A DNA stretch of 62,896 nt, counting the filler, from Trichosphaerium sp. ATCC 40318 (taxonomy: Eukaryota; Protista; Tubulinea), in the NCBI GenBank assembly GCA_038496445.1. It is 3 parts of 3 records of this genome, joined end to end, with 100 filler letters (N's around TTAATTAATTAA, not from the genome) between each part and the next. Parts side by side here need not be neighbours in the genome. Positions count along the whole stretch, not along the records: positions 50,256 to 62,896 come from JALMLS010000569.1; 2 more parts are not named here. One strand, given 5' to 3'. Shown here piece after piece: positions 59,564 to 62,896 of this stretch. The position numbers were made by a program, and so were the translations under genes. The notes below the pieces were generated by a model, which made no database searches, was not told the origin of the DNA, and saw nothing but the letters and a program-made list of their open reading frames with translations. Each line of letters starts with the position of its first letter. Position 1 is the first letter of the stretch.

Positions 59564-62221
59564 TTGATCCTTCAGCAGGTTCACCTACTGAAACCTTGTT
59601 ACGACTTCATCATCCTTTATGAGCGCAAGTTCGAGCAGGTTCGATAACCGGCAAGCCGGTCGTCCCCCCTGGTCTCACTCGCACCCACATCGGTCGATGC
59701 GACGGGCGGTGTGTACAAGCAACAGGGACAGATTCCAGGTGCGTTGATGACACACCTGTACGAGGCATTCCGCGTTCGTGGCTACAGTTACAGCAACCAG
59801 TCCCTAAGCACGCATGTGTCTTTTCGGAGAAGCAGCATTGAGCACACTTAACATCCAAATCGACCACACGGTGCGCTTTCATGTATTTTTTTTATGAACA
59901 TTGCAGAAACTTACTTCATAATAAAGTTTGCCTTGGTAAAGATATATAATCTTCCAGGTCAAAGCATTTAAGTGAAGAAGAAACCTTATTTGTTAATTTG
60001 AAACGATCCACAGCTCTTTCAATGTTTACACTAAGGAAACGAGTCCAAAGATGTAAGTTTTCATCTAACAGCGCTTCTCATCTTAACATTAAAGGAATTT
60101 AACTTCCTAAAAAGCCTCGACGAGGGGGTTAACTCTTTATATTAGGTTCAGGACAGACTTTTGTTATGAAGGTGGTAGTTTCCGAAGGTGCGTTTAAGTG
60201 TAGTCGTATTTAGATAATAAAATCTGAGGTTTAACTCGCTGTCGTGAAGAAGTGTTCTGGCGGTTTCAGGGCTTGCCCGGATGCCTGTTCGGCCCAGGAA
60301 CCCGTTGAACTAAGCAGTGTAGGCCGCGTGCGGCCCGGAATATCTGGGGGCATCCCGGATCTGTTATAGCCGCCGCTTCTTACGACTTTTCGCCGTCAGT
60401 CCTGCACAGGGGTCCCGCACGAGGCGGGGGAATCAATGTGACAGTAGCGATCTCGCCCGTTATCGGAATAAACCTGACAGATAAGTCCACGAGCCTAAAA
60501 CGACCATGCACCACCGTTAGCTAACTCGGAAAAGACCCTTCAGTCTGTTCGTCCCCTTAGAGCGTCCGATCCCGGTAAGTTGTCGCGCGTTGAGTCAAAT
60601 TGAGCCGCAGCCTCCAGAGCCTGGTGGTGTTGCTCCGTCAATGCCTTTAAGTTTCAGCCTTGCGACCATACTTCCCCCCTGGGCCCGATTACTTCGGTTT
60701 CCCGTGGGAACGGGCCCCGAGCCTTGGTTTGCCCGGCGCCCATTCAGTCGGCATCGTTTACTGTGGAGACTACACGGGTCTCTAATCCGCTTCGCTCCCT
60801 CCACCATCGTTCTAGATCACCGGCCACGCCCTTGCAGAGCGCCTTCGCTTCGGGTAGTTTGGATCAGGTCAAAAGATTTCACTCCTCGCTGATACCACAC
60901 TCTCTACCCCGTACGCACCTAGTAATCGTGTGTTCTTTATTAGTGTGAAGACTAACTCAAGGTTTTTTCTCAAAGTACTTTTGTAATTCACAATGTTTTT
61001 ATTCCCTTAATGAAGAACATAAGTTTTCACTCAGACTTGCATATCAGGATATTGTTTATACTTGGTTAAAAATGAGACTTGAGCGTCGCACTTGGTAAAG
61101 TGTTGTTTTTTTGTTTTTTTAAAGCCCAATTCCAGGATGCTGGTGGGTGGCATAGCGGCCGAAGCCTAAACTGACCTTGCGTTTGAGCGAAGCCATTTAT
61201 GCCTGGTCGGGCGATGAAAAAGAGTCGGGGGGTTTTGTCAAGGAGTAAACTCCTATATAAACCTTGTCCCTCTCAGCTGTGTCGTTGTTTGGACTGCGAG
61301 CGCTTTAACAGCAACAGCAAAAGTATAAGCTTTCGGAGTGGGTGTTACCGCGGGTGCTGGCACCCAACTTGTCCTCCAATAGTTTCTCAGGGCGACATTC
61401 AGTTGCCCCTCATTGCGACGACCGGTTTAAATGCCGGCCTCGTTACACTCAGTCGCTGGCTCGATTTGCAATCAATGGCCAAGTTACGCGCCTGCTGTTA
61501 CCCGTAAGTACAGGGGCCGTATCTAATGCCCCTTCTCCGGGAACCGAACCCTAGTTCCCCGTTACCCGTCACTGCCGCGGTAGGCCGTTACCCTACCGCC
61601 TGGCTGATAGGTCGGCCGCCCTTCCGACTCGTGGAGGGGGAGAACTCTCAACTTTATATCGATATGATCTTTTTTATGAAAAAGCACATTTGGGCGAAGG
61701 ATCGAGATTGAACAAAGTTTCATTTTTCTTTCACCTAGTTTCACCTTAAGTAACTTTACATTATTTTTTAGAAACATGTCTAGTCAGAGAGAACTCCTCG
61801 TAACTCCATCGCATGCCCCAACGCCGCTCTTCCCGACGGAGTACGGACGCCGCTTCCTAAGGGGAGGCTGCTTCCCTTGGCGAACCAAGATGGGATCGGG
61901 TGATCGTCCGCTCCTGAGCGTTGGATGCGACCGATGGGTCCTTGCAGCAGAGGGGCCCATCGGCAGCGCTAGGCGCATTACGTATTAGCCGCAGGTTTCC
62001 TTTAATCCCGGTTATCCGCGGGGGAGGCCACGAGTTTTGGTTATAGTGCGTTTAGGAAAACAAGTTCCTGTGTGCAAAATGACGTGACCATTATTAGTCT
62101 TGTCGGGTGGGTTACGACCGTTTTAAGGAGCCGTTTGCGGCTCCGAGGATACCTCTTTGCTGAGCTTGCATGGCTTAATCCTTCGAGAAAGCTTATCACT
62201 CCTGGCAGGCTCAACCAGGTA
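59564..62221 (-). rRNA. Small-subunit (18S) rRNA, about 2.66 kb with long AT-rich expansions
   Basis: 5' TACCTGGTTGAGCCTGCCAG...ATTAAGCCATGCAAG; GTGCCAGCACCCGCGGTAA; AAACTTAAAGGCATTGACGG; TGTACACACCGCCCGTC; 3' AAGTCGTAACAAGGTTTCAGTAGGTGAACCTGCTGAAGGATCA. Confidence 0.96.
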
Positions 62222-62896
62222 CCTTTTGCATCAGAGTTTTTAAAGCAGACAGCTGCATTTAAAATAATTTCTCATCAGACCAAAGGAGGTTGAGGTTTTT
62301 AGGTGGTTTTTTGAAGAATGAACTTCATAAGAAACCATTCGATCTTTATTCCTATTCTCTTTCAAGGAGGATGTAAGATGAAGGTCTTTTTGATGAACAT
62401 CACAAATACCTGGTGCCGGACAGTACCAGCCTTTCTTGTTGGAGAAGAAGCTGGTATGTCTTGGTTATGGTTTTTATGGCAAGAGATGCTCATAGAGCAC
62501 ATTGCCACAACAGCATAGGGTTGTGTCTTTTTAAAGGACTACTTTTCTTGATGAGTCATGCCTATTTTTTTTACTGAGTAGCCCTTGAGGCATCGTCGGT
62601 AATAGCTTGCAACTGCATCATTTTTAATACACTCTTTTTTTTTGTTTTTCTTTACTATTCAAGTACTTGGACTGTGCCTTTCCTTGTTAAGCCTTCAAGT
62701 TGTAGCAATTAGCTACACTTGCTTTCATTGATGTACTTGGCTTGTGTGCCTTTCCATCAATTTGCCTTTCACATTTCTGCTTCAGGCTCACATCTATTAT
62801 TTAACCCAAGTACTTGATACTTTTTTTCCATTAGGTTTTTTTATAAGATATGTTTATCTTACAGTCTTTACGGACTATTGGAACACTTTGGTTCCT

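Noticed and set aside
59815-60300. SSU insert as a group I intron
   Set aside because: It lies in a variable region and is AT-rich, and I could not identify P/Q/R/S core elements. Treated as an expansion segment pending a covariance-model search.
50208-62293. Numerous short ORFs within rDNA
   Set aside because: They overlap conserved rRNA sequence, and I saw no homing-endonuclease (His-Cys, LAGLIDADG) motif.

Overview
AT-rich eukaryotic (protist-type) genomic DNA with many short (~45-55 nt) GT-AG introns. It consists of three separate contigs joined by N-gaps carrying an artificial TTAATTAATTAA six-frame-stop linker (26746-26845, 50156-50255), so adjacency across the gaps is not real. Contig 1 (1-26745) holds host genes: an LRR-like gene, two aberrant Arf-family GTPases, a His-rich MYDGF-like ER protein, an N-glycan-rich repeat protein, F-box/LRR, F-box/MORN, a PA-domain membrane protein, an Amt ammonium transporter and a signal-peptide JmjC protein. 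It also holds a full-length Ngaro-type tyrosine-recombinase retrotransposon with split direct repeats, whose gag and RT-RNaseH lie in one frame separated only by a UGA-CAA-UUA readthrough-type stop. Contig 2 (26846-50155) holds two highly diverged members of an intron-rich CMC(EnSpm)/Plavaka-like DNA transposon family. Each carries, upstream of the transposase, a conserved gene with an AlkB-like 2OG-Fe(II) dioxygenase domain and a second conserved domain; this is the best candidate for an undescribed system. Contig 2 also has MITEs, a 3.4-kb inverted duplication and a mucin/ankyrin region. Contig 3 (50256-62896) is a very divergent rDNA unit (about 2.66-kb SSU, 5.8S, LSU) facing the 3' end of a second inverted LSU copy across a CpG-depleted spacer that contains a related MITE with (CCCTAA)n. 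All calls come from manual reading; no database searches were run and exon boundaries are approximate.
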